From Octopus sinensis (Eukaryota): a DNA stretch of 64,000 nucleotides. The DNA is taken from the NCBI RefSeq assembly GCF_006345805.1, contig NC_043001.1:122884001-122948000 (forward strand), read 5' to 3'. This document shows positions 26,496 through 39,060 of the stretch, one piece after another (the stretch's first letter is position 1; each line of letters opens with the position of its first letter). Made by a program: the position numbers and the translations under genes. Under the pieces are notes generated by a model, which saw only the letters and a program-made list of their open reading frames with translations, ran no database searches and was not told where the DNA came from.

Positions 26496-26789
26496 ATACG
26501 TATACATATGTATATATATATATATATATATGTATACGTATGCTTATATATGTATGTGTGTGTATTTGTGATTGTGTTTGTCCCATCCTAACTGCTTCAC
26601 AACGGGTGTTGGTGTGTTTACGTCCCCCTAAACTAGCGATTCAGCAACAGAGACTAATAGAATACGGACTAGCCTTAAAAAAACAAGTCCGGGGGTGAGG
26701 GATCAATTTGTTCAACTAAAACCCTTCATGGCGGTTGCCCCACCATGGCCGCAGTCAAGAACTGAAACAAGTAGAAAATAAAACATATA

Positions 26790-27227
26790 TATATGCGTGT
26801 GTGTGTATGTGTTTATATGGTATATAATGTATATATATACATATGTATATGTATAATATATATAATATATATATATATATATATAGTATATATATATAAT
26901 ATTATATATATATATATATATGTATGTGTATATATATATGTATATCTATCTAACTATATATATATAGTATATATATATAAATGTATATTATATAATATAT
27001 TTATATCTATATATTATCTATATATATATTGTATATATATATATATTATATATATATATATATATATATTGTGTAAATATATATATGTATATATATATAT
27101 GTATTATATGTATATGTATATATGTATATGTATATATATATGTTATATATATGTATATATATATATATATATATGTATTATATGTAATATATATGTAAAT
27201 ATATGTATATATATGTATATATATGTA

Positions 27228-27258
<31 letters not shown>

Positions 27259-27265
27259 AGATATA
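26790..27265. repeat. Degenerate (TA)n microsatellite
   Basis: About 470 bp of TA/TG dinucleotide repeats. Confidence 0.95.
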
Positions 27266-27553
27266 TCCATCCCCACACACACATATCTATTTTTTTTTTT
27301 TAGAAAAAACATAAATCCGGATAAGAAGAACGTTAGTTTTGCTGTTGGTCATGGGGCACTAACTTTTTGTTTATTCATTTTTTTACTAACTGGCGCGCGC
27401 ACTACGGTGTAGTTTTAGTCACTTCTTTTATCAACATTAAATATGAAGGGAGAGAAAGACTAGCAAAGGGGCGAATGAGGAAGGTATGGCTTCAGTAGAA
27501 AAGGGACTCGAAAATAAGGCAAGTCAAACGCCTTACAAACCTACATATACGTG

Positions 27554-27595
<42 letters not shown>

Positions 27596-27850
27596 GATGG
27601 TGGAAATACACTGTGTAATAAAGATAAGGTGAAAGAAGAAAATATGCACAGATAGATAGATAGAAAGAACGAAACGAAGGAAAGAAGGAGAAACGTAAGA
27701 ATGATAAAGAGTCATCAGAAAGTCTGCCCCGAACAGAAAATGCTGTTGCTTGGTTGGAAAAGAGAAGGGAGAGGGAGGCAGAAGTTGAAAGAGTGGGAAA
27801 AATTTACGTCCATTCGCACACAAATACTATATCTACACGTACATATATAC

Positions 27851-27915
<65 letters not shown>

Positions 27916-28249
27916 CAAAAACACTTATACAAACACAACAATTTACGTTGCTGTATCTGTCTGTATGTATGTATGTGTGTGTTCGTGTGTGTGTGTGTGT
28001 GTCCCCGTATTAAGGCCCACCTCATTCCAGCATACGGAATTATCAAAATATATGTGATTGAATAAAAGAAGTGAAAGAAAAAAAAAAGAAAAAAGGAAAA
28101 ACTTATTTATATTCATATGCAGCCTTACAATTCATGTTCTCACGCCTTCAATCGCTGTATACACACACTCACACACACACACACACATATACATACCTAC
28201 CTACCTAGAATTATATACGCGCACACAACACACACAAATAAATAACTAA

Positions 28250-28353
28250 ATAAATCTCTCCCTACACACACACACACACCACATATATATATATTTATTT
28301 GTATATATGTATATATATATATATTTATTTACATATATGTGTACATATACATA

Positions 28354-28391
<38 letters not shown>

Positions 28392-28458
28392 TACATATAC
28401 ATATATACATATACATATATATATATATATACATATATATATATGTATATATATATAT

Positions 28459-28505
<47 letters not shown>

Positions 28506-28726
28506 TATATGTAGTATGTGTGCATGGTGCGTGCGCGTGTGTGTGTAGCATAGTTGTTTATCTACACATTTGTATGTTTTGACTCCTCCCCCTTTCAATT
28601 TCCAACTAATTCTATGCTTTCCCATTCATCACTTTTTTTGTTGTTGTACATTTCTCTAATTCTCCCTTGCCTCCTCCTCCTCCTCCCCTTCCTCCCTCCC
28701 TCCCCTATATCGTCACTCTTATCTTC

Positions 28727-28774
<48 letters not shown>

Positions 28775-28913
28775 CTTTCTTTCTTTATTCCTTCCTTCCT
28801 TTCTTCCTCCTTCTCCTCCACTTTCTCTTTTCTAATCTTTCTATTTTCTTCATCGTAGTTGCTTTCCACCACCACCATCACCACCACCACCCTCACTCCT
28901 ACACACACATACA

Positions 28914-28945
<32 letters not shown>

Positions 28946-28969
28946 TACGCATACATACACACACACACA

Positions 28970-29002
<33 letters not shown>

Positions 29003-29040
29003 CACATACACACACACACATACACACACACACATACACA

Positions 29041-29072
<32 letters not shown>

Positions 29073-29247
29073 TACACACACACATACACACACACACACT
29101 CATATATATGTGTGTGTTAAAGAGAACAAAACGAGAAGATATAACGTGAATGGGAGGGGGAACAGAGACGACGAGTATATACATATAAACATACATAGAT
29201 ATCTACACACAACACACATATATATATATATATATATATACACCACT

Positions 29248-29340
<93 letters not shown>

Positions 29341-29350
29341 CTGTATATGT
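28250..29350. repeat. Compound microsatellite block (TA/CA/CT/CCT) upstream of the GST gene
   Basis: TA array 28280-28510, CT/CCT tract 28660-28850, (CA)n-rich 28900-29100 and TA 29215-29345. Confidence 0.95.
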
Positions 29351-29929
29351 TTGTAGCTCCCTCCCACTCACTTTATATCTTCTCTCGTTTTGTTTTATTC
29401 TTTAACTTAGAAGCGTGCTGTAGGTTTGATTACACTTCCTTCTCCTTCTTTCCTTCTTTCTTTCTTTTCCTCGTTTATTTATTTATTTTATTTATTTATT
29501 TATTTATTTTATTTATTTATTTTTATTTTATTTATTTTATTTTTATTTTTCCCTGCTGATTTCTTTCTTGCAATAATACGTCGCTTTTTACCCTCGGCTT
29601 CCTCGGTTGTATATTAAATGAGTATATAACCGCGCTGTTACTTGGCACTGAACACAGATCGCCGACAATCACGACTGGAGAAATTAAAAAAAAAAAAAGA
29701 ATTTTCACTGGCGGGGGAGAGAGAGAGAAAAGAAAGAAAGAGAGAAGGAAAAAGTAAAGAAGAAGAGAAAGAGAGAGAGAAAAAAAAAAGCTGAGCTCGT
29801 GCTTATACAGAAGCTGATGCACAAAACAAAAAAAAAAGAAAAAAGATCAAAAGAAAAAAAGTTTCTGCCAGCAATCCAACACTTTTCTAGGATATAGTAA
29901 ATCTCAGTAGTAAACTAAGGAAAACATAA

Positions 29930-30037
29930 GATTCCGGGCAGAGGGCGAAATAGTAACACCAGGTACCTGGTTTGGGACGTTGGCCTATATCAAACAGCAC
30001 GCGCTTCCGAGGCCACAGCGTCGCAATTACTCTACAA
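29930..30037 (+). promoter_or_regulatory. Probable core promoter/5'UTR of the GST gene
   Basis: TATATCAAA at 29986-29994, about 50 bp before the ATG. The region is CpG-rich relative to the window, and the start context is ACAAATG. Confidence 0.5.
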
Positions 30038-30173
30038 ATGCCAACGTACAAGCTTACCTATTTTAATGGCAAGGGACGTGCAGAACTTACTCGCCTACTG
30101 TTCACGGCAGCTGATGTCGAATTTACGGATCATCGTATTGATTATTATACAGATTGGCCAGAAATAAAGCCGC
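30038..30173 (+). CDS. First coding exon of a sigma-class glutathione S-transferase (GST-sigma/S-crystallin family); partial gene, later exons not found in window
   Basis: ATG at 30038 gives MPTYKLTYFNGKGRAELTRLLFTAADVEFTDHRIDYYTDWPEIKP, with the GST N-terminal motif (Tyr8, GRAE, RLLF, D-x-R, W40, K44). The 136-nt exon ends at a strong donor C|GTGAGT (30174), phase 1. A TATA-like element lies about 50 bp upstream. Confidence 0.93.
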
Positions 30174-30519
30174 GTGAGTAGAAAACTGTAATAATTTTTT
30201 TTTCTGTTAATCAATGTGTGTATACTACTATAAACTATTATTGCTAAGATAAATTCGAATATCTTCTAATGATCACATTTGTATGTATGTATGTCTATAT
30301 ATATTTATACGTATGTATATATTTATCCATCTGAATATATCTGTGTATTTACAAATATAACTGCTACTGTATACGATAACTTTCGTGTTGATAAACTTTA
30401 TTCAATCTTATAATTACGAAGTAACTTTCTTTCTGGCCGGTGTTTTCCCCCACATTCGTTAATCAACGGTTTTTATAAGAAACAAACAAAAAATTGTGCT
30501 TTTATTATTGTTGGAGGCG

Positions 30520-30930
30520 AAGCGGCAGAATCATTACCGCATTGGACAAAATGCTTTATTATAGTATTTCTTCCTGCTTTATACTTTCTGAGTTCGAATT
30601 CCGCCGAGGGCAGCTTTGCTTTGCATTCTTTCGGCGTCGATAAAGTAAGTACCAGTTGAACACTAAGGGCTGTGTAATCGACAAGCCCACCCGCCCCTAA
30701 ATTTATCAGGCCTTGTGCCTATAGGATAATTATAATTACTATTCACTGCGAGCAATCAGAATCGCTAGAGCGACGAACAAAATACTTCTCTTTCGGTTCT
30801 TTACGTTCTAAGTTCAAATTCCGCCGAGGTCAGCCTTGCTTTACATTTTTTTTCAGAACTGACACAATAACTACCAGTTGAACACTGGAGTCCTTATAAC
30901 TGACTTACCTACCCACTTCCGTGACCCCGT
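30520..30930 (+). mobile_element. Two degraded SINE family A copies in GST intron 1
   Basis: GAGTTCGAATTCCGCCGAGG and AAGTTCAAATTCCGCCGAGG cores with the family A body. Confidence 0.7.
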
Positions 30931-31514
30931 GCCAGAATCAAAATCATTATTATTATTACTATTATCCTTACATGGGGAAAACCTGCATCTTCGTTTATTT
31001 GAATTTACTGGAAAATAGTATGAATAGTATGAACCTTTTCCTCATTTATTTTTAGTTTCTTCTCCTATAAAGCAAATAAGCTTAGCATTCATATATTTTC
31101 ATTTCTAGTATGTTTTCAAATTAAAAATCTCAATGTTTCAGGCCATTTATAGCTGCGGTCTCCAATTATATATATTTTCCCAAAGTTATTCTCGGCATGC
31201 CTAAAGTCTTCGCATGTTTATTTTGCTGTATTTATTTTTAATCAACAGTATCTTGGCCTCTTTCATCCTCCACTCCCTCGGCATGTTTTGAGCTTTCCAA
31301 TGACTATCCCCACCCTCGTTACTTCAACCAGTCGGAATAAGTAGCAAACTCAATCCTGTCAGCCGGAACACGTGTTCTTGGCTTTGAATATATAACAGCA
31401 GCTGTAACGCCGTAGAGAGAGTTATTACGGCTTTTTTTGCTTAGCCAAACTCGTCACTTATAACCTTCGGCTTTTTTTTTTTATATATTGTTGTTATTAT
31501 AAGTTTACGATAGG

Positions 31515-31870
31515 TGCAGACGTGGCTGTGTGGGTAAGAAGCTTGTTCCCAGCCATATGGTCTTGGGTTCGGTCCCACCTCGGGCGAGTGTGTTTTGCTA
31601 CAGCCCTGGACCGAACAAAGCCTTGTGAGTGAATTTAGGAGACGGAAGATGAAAGAAGCCGGTTGTGTATGTGTGCGTGTCCTACAACCGCTTGACAACC
31701 GGCGCAGGTTTGTTTACATTCATGTAACGTAGTAGTTCAGCAAAAAAAGATCGATAGAATAAATACCGGATTTTTAAAAAAAAGGGACTGGGGCCGGTAA
31801 GTTCGATTAAAACCCATCGATGCGCTGCCCCAGCATTGCCGCAGTCCAATGACTGACCCAGAAAGTGAAA
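31515..31870 (+). mobile_element. SINE family C
   Basis: Head GTGGCTGTGTGGGTAAGAAGCTTG and tail GCCGCAGTCCAATGACTG. Confidence 0.8.
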
Positions 31871-33069
31871 CGATAACTTTTGTAATAACAAGAGAAATTA
31901 TCAACAAAATTTCTCAAAATAACGGTTTCATTAGTGAGCAATTTTAGATTATTTTATAACTAATAATTTGCATGTGTGTCATTTAGCATTTTAAATCATT
32001 TTATAACTAATTTACATGTCTGTAATTTGCATGTCTTTTAATCCCCTTCGGATTTTCACCTGACCTGATAACGATGACGTATAAATTATTAAACGACACA
32101 AAATTATCACAACTAAACACACCTTCGCATTTCCCTCCTTGTCAACGCGGCAAATACGAAAATTGTTTTCTGACAAACTGAAAGCCTCTTCTCATTTAAA
32201 CTTCTCTCTTCTCCGTTTAAACTTCCTTTCTTGACCTGTAACTTCCTCTGTTTTCTGTGTTTTTTTCTTTGTTTTATTTCTTACCTCTTGTTTGAGTCAT
32301 TGGATTGCGGTCATGCTGGAGCACCGTCATAAAGGTTTTTAGCTGAGCAAATTGACTTCAGTTGTTAATTTCTATGTCTGATATGTATTCTATCAGTTTC
32401 TTGCTAAACTGCAAAATTTACGGGGATGTAAACAAACCAACACCGGTGGGCGATAAACATAACACACATACAGACAGTGACATATTCATCCGAGGGACTT
32501 CCACACAAACTGGGTCTACCAAATCGGCGCACAAAACTTTTGGTTGGTCTGAGGCTAAACTAGAAGGCAATTGCCCAAGGTGCCACGCAGTGGAACTGAA
32601 CCTGAGACTACACCATTGGAAAGCAAGCTTCTCTACCCTGCACTCACGTCTACATCTATACCGTTGGAGCCGCTAATTTAAACGGCTTTCTCTTCATTCA
32701 CTGAAGTATTTCTTTTGTTAGATAAACTGTCACATAACTAAGTTCTGCCGGGGCTAATGCAGATTCGTAAAAGTTTATTCGGATTCCTAGGTTTTACATG
32801 TCGGAGATTAAAAATACACAAAAAAAATTAGTTTTACTCCCCCCCATACTCTCCACATCCACAATGTTAAATGTATTGTTGTATATTAAAGTGTGGAAAT
32901 TTCTATTTCTTTACTACCCACAAGGGGCTATGATTTTACATGAAATAGTAATATAGAAATTACATAAAATACTTAAAAAATCGAATGAAATTAACAATAC
33001 AGAGACAACACAAATATAGTAATGATCAGGCCACGCTTCGACCCCACAAGCCCCGATCTACCGCTGGTA

Positions 33070-34959
33070 CCTTTTTTTTGTTCTTCTTTTATAGCCTATT
33101 GACACGGTTCCTTGCACGCACAACACTCGTGCAACATGTTCCCATCTCTTTTTGAACATACTCTCCGACAGGCACCTCTTCTCCAACCACACCTCCCTTT
33201 TCAAATGAAAAGTGAAATTTGATCGTAAATTGTGGCCGGAGATAAAGTTGCCTGTCTTAATCCCTTTTATCCTAGTCTTCCATACTGCCTCTTTCGCTAT
33301 TGCTACAACCGTGAGAAATCAATTCTTACCTTCGTTTGTTAAAACTCCCGGTGGGTCAATTTTTATCATTGATTCAGTCAACAGCCGAGCTCTTCCTTCG
33401 CCGGACAACAGGTGTTCAGCATAAACCCGCATTTCAGATATCTGCGGACACTCGGCAATAGTGTGAGGGACGGTTTCCCTGTCTCCCCCGCACCTTGGAC
33501 AGGCCGGACACTGACGCTTACCGTGTCTTGCGAGCTTATCCCAAACGGGCAAGGCACCTCTGTAACATTGCCAGGTCAAAGTATTTTGGAAGTTGTCCAA
33601 CATTCTCAACCCGAATGTACTACGGAACAGAGTCGTCCTCAGGCCATCGTCACATTCAGACTCTACCAACCCACTATATAAAATTCGTGTAGAACCCCCA
33701 TCGCTGGCGTTGCCCGAGCGCCGGAATAGCAGGGGGGGGGGGCTTACGGCATTCTTAATGCCATTCACTCGACCTCGGTCTACGAAAACACCAGGCTTCC
33801 TGTTCGCAAAAACTTTGAACTCTGGAAACATTTGTCTGGCCAGCGGAGACCACACTCGCTCACCATCCAGGAGAATCCAGAGATGCCTCAACGCATGCCT
33901 GTGCATCATTAACCAAGGCATCCCTAACTCTCCTTTTAACGGCTTTTGACAAGAGATAGGGCGTTTCACAAGTGGCGACCTGCCCTTCCACAAAAAGCGG
34001 AAGAGCTGTCTCTCCAACCTGATCAACCACGAATCCGGACAGGGCACAACGGTCAGATGGTAGGTAATGACCGATGCGATAAACACATTGGCCACCTCCG
34101 CCCTCCCTTTCAGGATAGCCACCGCCAAGACTAGGTCTTGACTACTGCAGCCACCCTGTTCAAAACCTCCGCCCAGTTCTCTATCTGGAGGCCTGGTCCA
34201 CACCAAACCCCCAGCAAGTTAACCGGTCCCTCTGTCCAGCGCCCAACAACGCTATCTGAAGACATCGACTTGCCAACCTAGGTGCCGAGCTGCAAGCCGA
34301 CTAACTTTTCCCGGTTAATCTTTGCTCCTGCCACCGTCTCGTAAACCTCAATAGTCTTACCCACTTCACGTAGGCGTGCTACTATGTTTACGCTGATAGT
34401 GATATCGTCCACGTAAGCACAAACTCCCCTAAACCTGGTTCTCTCGGGATGTCACAAAACCTTTGCAGTAGGGGCTCAAGGACCACCACATACAAAAGTG
34501 GTGAGAGCGGATATCCTTGACGAACTGAGAACCTGATGCAGAACGGCTTCGAAACGTTCACCCGAACTATCGAGTCAATGTTGTGGTACAAAGCGATAAA
34601 CCACCTAAGGAAGCCAAGGCCTATGCCGAACCGTGCAAGCACAGTCGCCAAGTATCAATGGTCAACCCTATCAAAAGCTTTAGACTGGTCAGCTCGTATG
34701 GAAGACCATCAAGTCCCGGCGACTTACTTGCTTTATAGTCGGCCATAGCCTTCATCACCCCCACAGGCGTTATCGGCCCTTCTCAAGACTTCGCATCCGA
34801 CCCCGAGAGGTACGGCAGCTCGGCAAGAAAGTCCTCAAGGTCTCCCCCACCATCAGGACCATCATCACCTCCGAATAGCAGGGCGAAGTACTTCCGAAAG
34901 GCCTCACGCATTTCCTCGGGTTCGTTTACCAAGACACCATTTTGATTCGTCAAAGACCG

Positions 34960-34961
<2 letters not shown>
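33070..34961 (-). mobile_element. 5'-truncated L1/Tx1-clade LINE (RT domain, C-terminal CCHC), frameshifted
   Basis: Minus frames give KAFDRVDH, SVRQGYPLSPLLYVVVLEPLL, AYVDDITI (34401-34418), LFRFLWKGRSPLVKR and CPRCGGDRETVPHTIAECP. There is an A-rich tail at about 33070-33090, and the 5' break abuts (TA)n. Confidence 0.92.
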
Positions 34962-35009
<48 letters not shown>

Positions 35010-36264
35010 TGGGATTCCTCACAGTTTCCGTCAATCAAATTTACACACAATTATTGGTCGGTTCAGGTTTATAGTAGGAAGCACTTGCTTAAGTTGCCGC
35101 GCAGTGGGTCTGAGATGCACAATCATGCATGCGTTACTTCTCTCTCTCTCTCCCCCCCTCTCTCTCTCCCTGTCGTGTGATTTGTTTTTGTTCTGAACCT
35201 TTTGCTATTCATTTTCTGGTGAAATGAAAATTATGCAAAAATACCATTTTTCTGATTTTATGTGTTCTGCTCCTAACAACGCCGTAATTAGAAAAATAAC
35301 GTACTGAAAAATTAATCGAGATCTCTCCTAAATCTAAGGAAACCTCGTAATTTCAACTTGTTAAACTCAAGCCTCAAACTTTTCGACTGCGTCTCTTTCC
35401 CTTTATTTGTATGTTACTAACTCCTATAAGGAGGTCCCCTCCCCCAATTCGCCAAAGTAAATTAAACCTTGGTCAGGAGGAACCGATGTTATCAGATGGT
35501 ATCCAGTGTTCATCGTGTGTTTCGACCCTGAACCGTAACACCCTGAACCGTTGGTGGGTCAGCAGAGGTGGTCAAGTGACTACTTCTCATCTTCTCCTGT
35601 CCCATTTAAATTTCAGTTAAGAAATTACTAATTGAACAAATATAAACCAATTTCAAATTCTTGAGCTTCGTGTTTGCAAGATAAAGTTTCGGGAATCCAA
35701 TGACTCGTGTTTTGGAGACAGGAATCAGTAACGTAATGTGCTTATCATCTTTCTTCTTTTACTTGTCTCAGTCATCTGACTATGGCCATGCTGGAGCACC
35801 GTCTTGAAAAGTTTGACACAAGTACGTCTTTTTAAATCTGGTATGCATTCTATCGGTTTGTTTAGCGAACCGCTATGTTACGGAGGTGTAAACAAACCAA
35901 CGCTGATAGTCAAGCGATGGCCACACACATACATGTGTGTGTGTATGTGTATAATATTTAGAGTACTGACCACTAAATGTGGACAGCCTGTATGCTAGAT
36001 ATAGACGTCAAAATCGCCATTTTCCACGAAGAATGTATTCTCAAGAAAAATTTCAGCAAAAAACCAAAGTATAAAAATAAGCAAGACAAATGAAAATATA
36101 CGAAATAAAAAACGATCACCTATGTACTAATTAGTTTCACTTGTTAATATTTACGTATATGGATACGTAAACATCTGCAAGATCATCAGCATAGTCTGTC
36201 GTTTACAAAACACAATTTCTAGAACTAGATATAGAACGCTCGACCTACAGTATATAGGTGTATG

Positions 36265-36296
<32 letters not shown>

Positions 36297-36617
36297 CGTG
36301 TGTGTATATAATATATATGTATATGATGGGCTTCCACACAGTTTTCCTTGTACCAGATTCACTCACAGGCCATTGCTCAGCCCCAAACTGCAGTAAAGGA
36401 TGCTTGTGTAGGGTGCTGCGCAGGGGAGTGCACCAGAATCTACTTGGCTGTAAAGCGAGCTTCTTAACCACAAAGCCCTAACTGACCATAAATACGTAAT
36501 ACTTTCATCAACTTTGTCATAGATGATATTGTGTATTTGGCCAGACCCTTCAAATACCTGTTGGATCCATTTCGTCTTTCGTAGATACTAATAATACGTG
36601 CTTTAATGTTTCGTAGT

Positions 36618-36998
36618 GGAGGCGCAATGGCCCAATGGTTAGGACAGCGGAGTCGCAGTTGTAGGATCGCGATTTCAGTTCCCAGACCGGGCATTGTGGG
36701 TATTTGAGCGAAAACACCTAAAGCTTCACGTGGCTCCAGCAGCAGGGGGTGTTGGCGAACCCTGCTGCACACTTTCACCGCCACTTTCTCTCACTCTTTC
36801 TTTCTAATTTCTGTTGTACCTGTATGTCAAAGCTCCAGCTTTGTCACACTCTGTGTCACTCTGAATCTCCCCCTAGAACTACGTTAAGGGTATACGTGTC
36901 TGTGGAGTGCTCAGCCATTTACACGGTAATTTCACGAGCAGGCTTTTCCGTTGATCGGATCAACTGGAACTCTCATCGTCGTAACCGACGGAGCGCCA
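36618..36998 (+). mobile_element. SINE family B (tail type 2)
   Basis: GGAGGCGCAATGGCCCAATGGTTAGG head and ...CGTCGTAACCGACGGAGCGCCAC tail. Confidence 0.88.
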
Positions 36999-37079
36999 CG
37001 AATGTATAATAGATTAATGCAGTGAAGGTATTTTGCAAGATCTAATGAAGTCGTATCCTAAATAGCTGGTGTTATTTAA

Positions 37080-37286
37080 CTCTTAGCCTGTCCTTTGTAT
37101 GGCATATGACTTGATATCACATATTTCTCAGGCGTCCATGCATCCTATATGGTATACATACCTAATATCTTTCAACCTTCAGCTTTATCTTACTCAGAAT
37201 GTACGAAACATGGGCTAACTTATAGTCTGAAAACGAGCTTGGATATTTAGGATAAATTTGTGAAACTGCTTTGGACTGGCAAAGGG
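37080..37286. mobile_element. piggyBac-type MITE
   Basis: TTAA flanks at 37076-37079 and 37287-37290, with CTCTT.../...AAGGG ends. Confidence 0.65.
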
Positions 37287-37494
37287 TTAATACGTGATCT
37301 TCTGTGAAAGGAAACGAGAGATGAATTGGTGCAGCATGATAATGGAGATGAAGAACTTCGGTTATAGCCTGGAAATATGAAATCTGGTGTTTAAGAAAAA
37401 TGAGAATTCACTTTTATGGTGATCAACGAGAAATTTGCGAAACAGCTGGTAGGTTTTAGATGATTAGCGATAAGGTTTATGAAAAGATTAACAA

Positions 37495-37725
37495 CTTGAA
37501 TACAAAGTATCGAGATCTGAGACTGAACTCTCTTCGAACCTGTGGCATTTGAGACTTTCGGAGGGACTGGACTACTAACCGCGAAGTTCTTGTCAACGTT
37601 GGCAGCTCACCTCAGCGAGTTGTCAGGTGATGCCCGTAAGGGCGCTTGGCTTTCCCAAAGCCTTAGCCTCGCCATCATTCGTGGTAATGTTGCGAGCGTG
37701 CTGGCTTGCTTCAGCAGATTCCGTT
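37495..37725 (+). mobile_element. CRE-clade non-LTR retrotransposon 3' fragment (restriction-like endonuclease end)
   Basis: KYRDL...FEPVAFETFGGTG...FLSTLAAHLSELSGDARKGAWLSQSLSLAIIRGNVASVL matches the CRE C-terminal pattern PVAxETxG...WLxQxLSLAxxRGNA. Confidence 0.8.
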
Positions 37726-38789
37726 AAACCTTGTGATGTGCGACCAGGTGCTGTGATAACAAATCCCCACAGATGGTTTCAATGCAGTTTTAGCAAAGAT
37801 TTGAAAGAATTAGATGATCAATGGTTATGTTAATTAAAAAATTTGCCAGCAAAATCATATAAAATGACAATGTACAAAAAGATGTACGTATTTATAAAAA
37901 AAGCTTCGGAAAACAGAAGAAAAAAATAGAATCTAGACAGAAGTGAACTTATCATAAAACCATAAAGCAGAGATCAGTTCCACAAGGCGGATACTGTTAT
38001 ATTTAAGCAGATTTGGTTGTGATTTTCAGGAAAGGTTACAAATGATAGTAACTAATAAAGAGACGACCTATGTCTCATTTACTTTAAGAATGTTACGTAT
38101 AAGTATAAGATTTATTCCTTTGGATATCCTCTTAGCTGTCGTGACATTTTGAAAGACAAATCCTGTCTGATTCTTGGTGAGAGCTGATTATCTTACACAC
38201 ACACACATATATATATATCTGGTCAATTAACGGTCTGAAGCTGTCATCTGACCTCCAAGTTGATGCGGCATTTCAGAAACTAAACAAACAATTTATTTTC
38301 CTTGCAGAGGTCTTATATCACATTTAATATTTCTTTGTTTAATATCAACCATTAATAACGGTTTAATGACTGATATTAAGCACAATGAATCCTTATTTGC
38401 TGTGATGTTCCTGATGGCTCAATATCTTACCAATTCTTTCTTTATCCCACATCTGGCACAGTCTGTCGCTGGAGTGCCATTCTAGACCAGTGGTCCTCAG
38501 CCAGGGTCTAAAAATTATCTTCATTAAATTGGTTATAATTCTACAATGCACAAAATATTTTAAACAATTGTTTATATAAATCAAGGCGGTGCCCCAGCCT
38601 TGCCACAGTCTAATGACTGAATCAAATAAAAGATATAAGAAAATCATAATAATATTTAATGATAAGAATATGATAGGATTTTTGCTAAGCCCTCTAATTT
38701 CCATTGGAAAAAAAACAGAAGCCAAGAGGTTTAGATACAAAACAAAATGGTTGAAAACCAGTGTTCTAGACGCTCTGATAGTCAGTAGT

Positions 38790-39060
38790 CGCACCGATTC
38801 CTGTTCTTAGCCTCTCGTAGAAGAGCTGCAATATTGAGCTCTGTCCAGTCTTTGAGTTGCGTTCACCTGTAATTGTGTTCTGTAGAATGGTTTTGAACAA
38901 AGAGTTGTGTTAGGATACATGTCCTTACCAGGCCGTGCATACCTGTAGTTAGGAATGGTTCGTGTTTGCCAACATATTATACGACTTTTTCCTGACAAAG
39001 CTGTTTACCTTCTGCTCGAACGGTCAGATTCTACGTTCTGTCTCGACAGTTGGCGTCCAA
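38790..39060 (-). mobile_element. RTE-clade LINE 3' fragment
   Basis: Minus frames give HNSLFKTILQNTITGE and TQLKDWTELNIAALLREAKNRNR, matching the RTE end HDSLxKTILQG...WxDNIKEWT. Confidence 0.75.

Noticed and set aside
29790-29830. AP-1/ARE-type element in the GST promoter
   Set aside because: No exact TGA(C/G)TCA or TGACnnnGC near the start. TGATGCAC is only a one-mismatch match to an ATF4/CEBP site and is expected by chance.
29972-30181. ORF-track call starting MGRWPISN... and ending ...KPRE*
   Set aside because: The upstream start is a TTG. The GST homology begins at ATG 30038, and the frame leaves at the GT donor (30174) rather than the stop.
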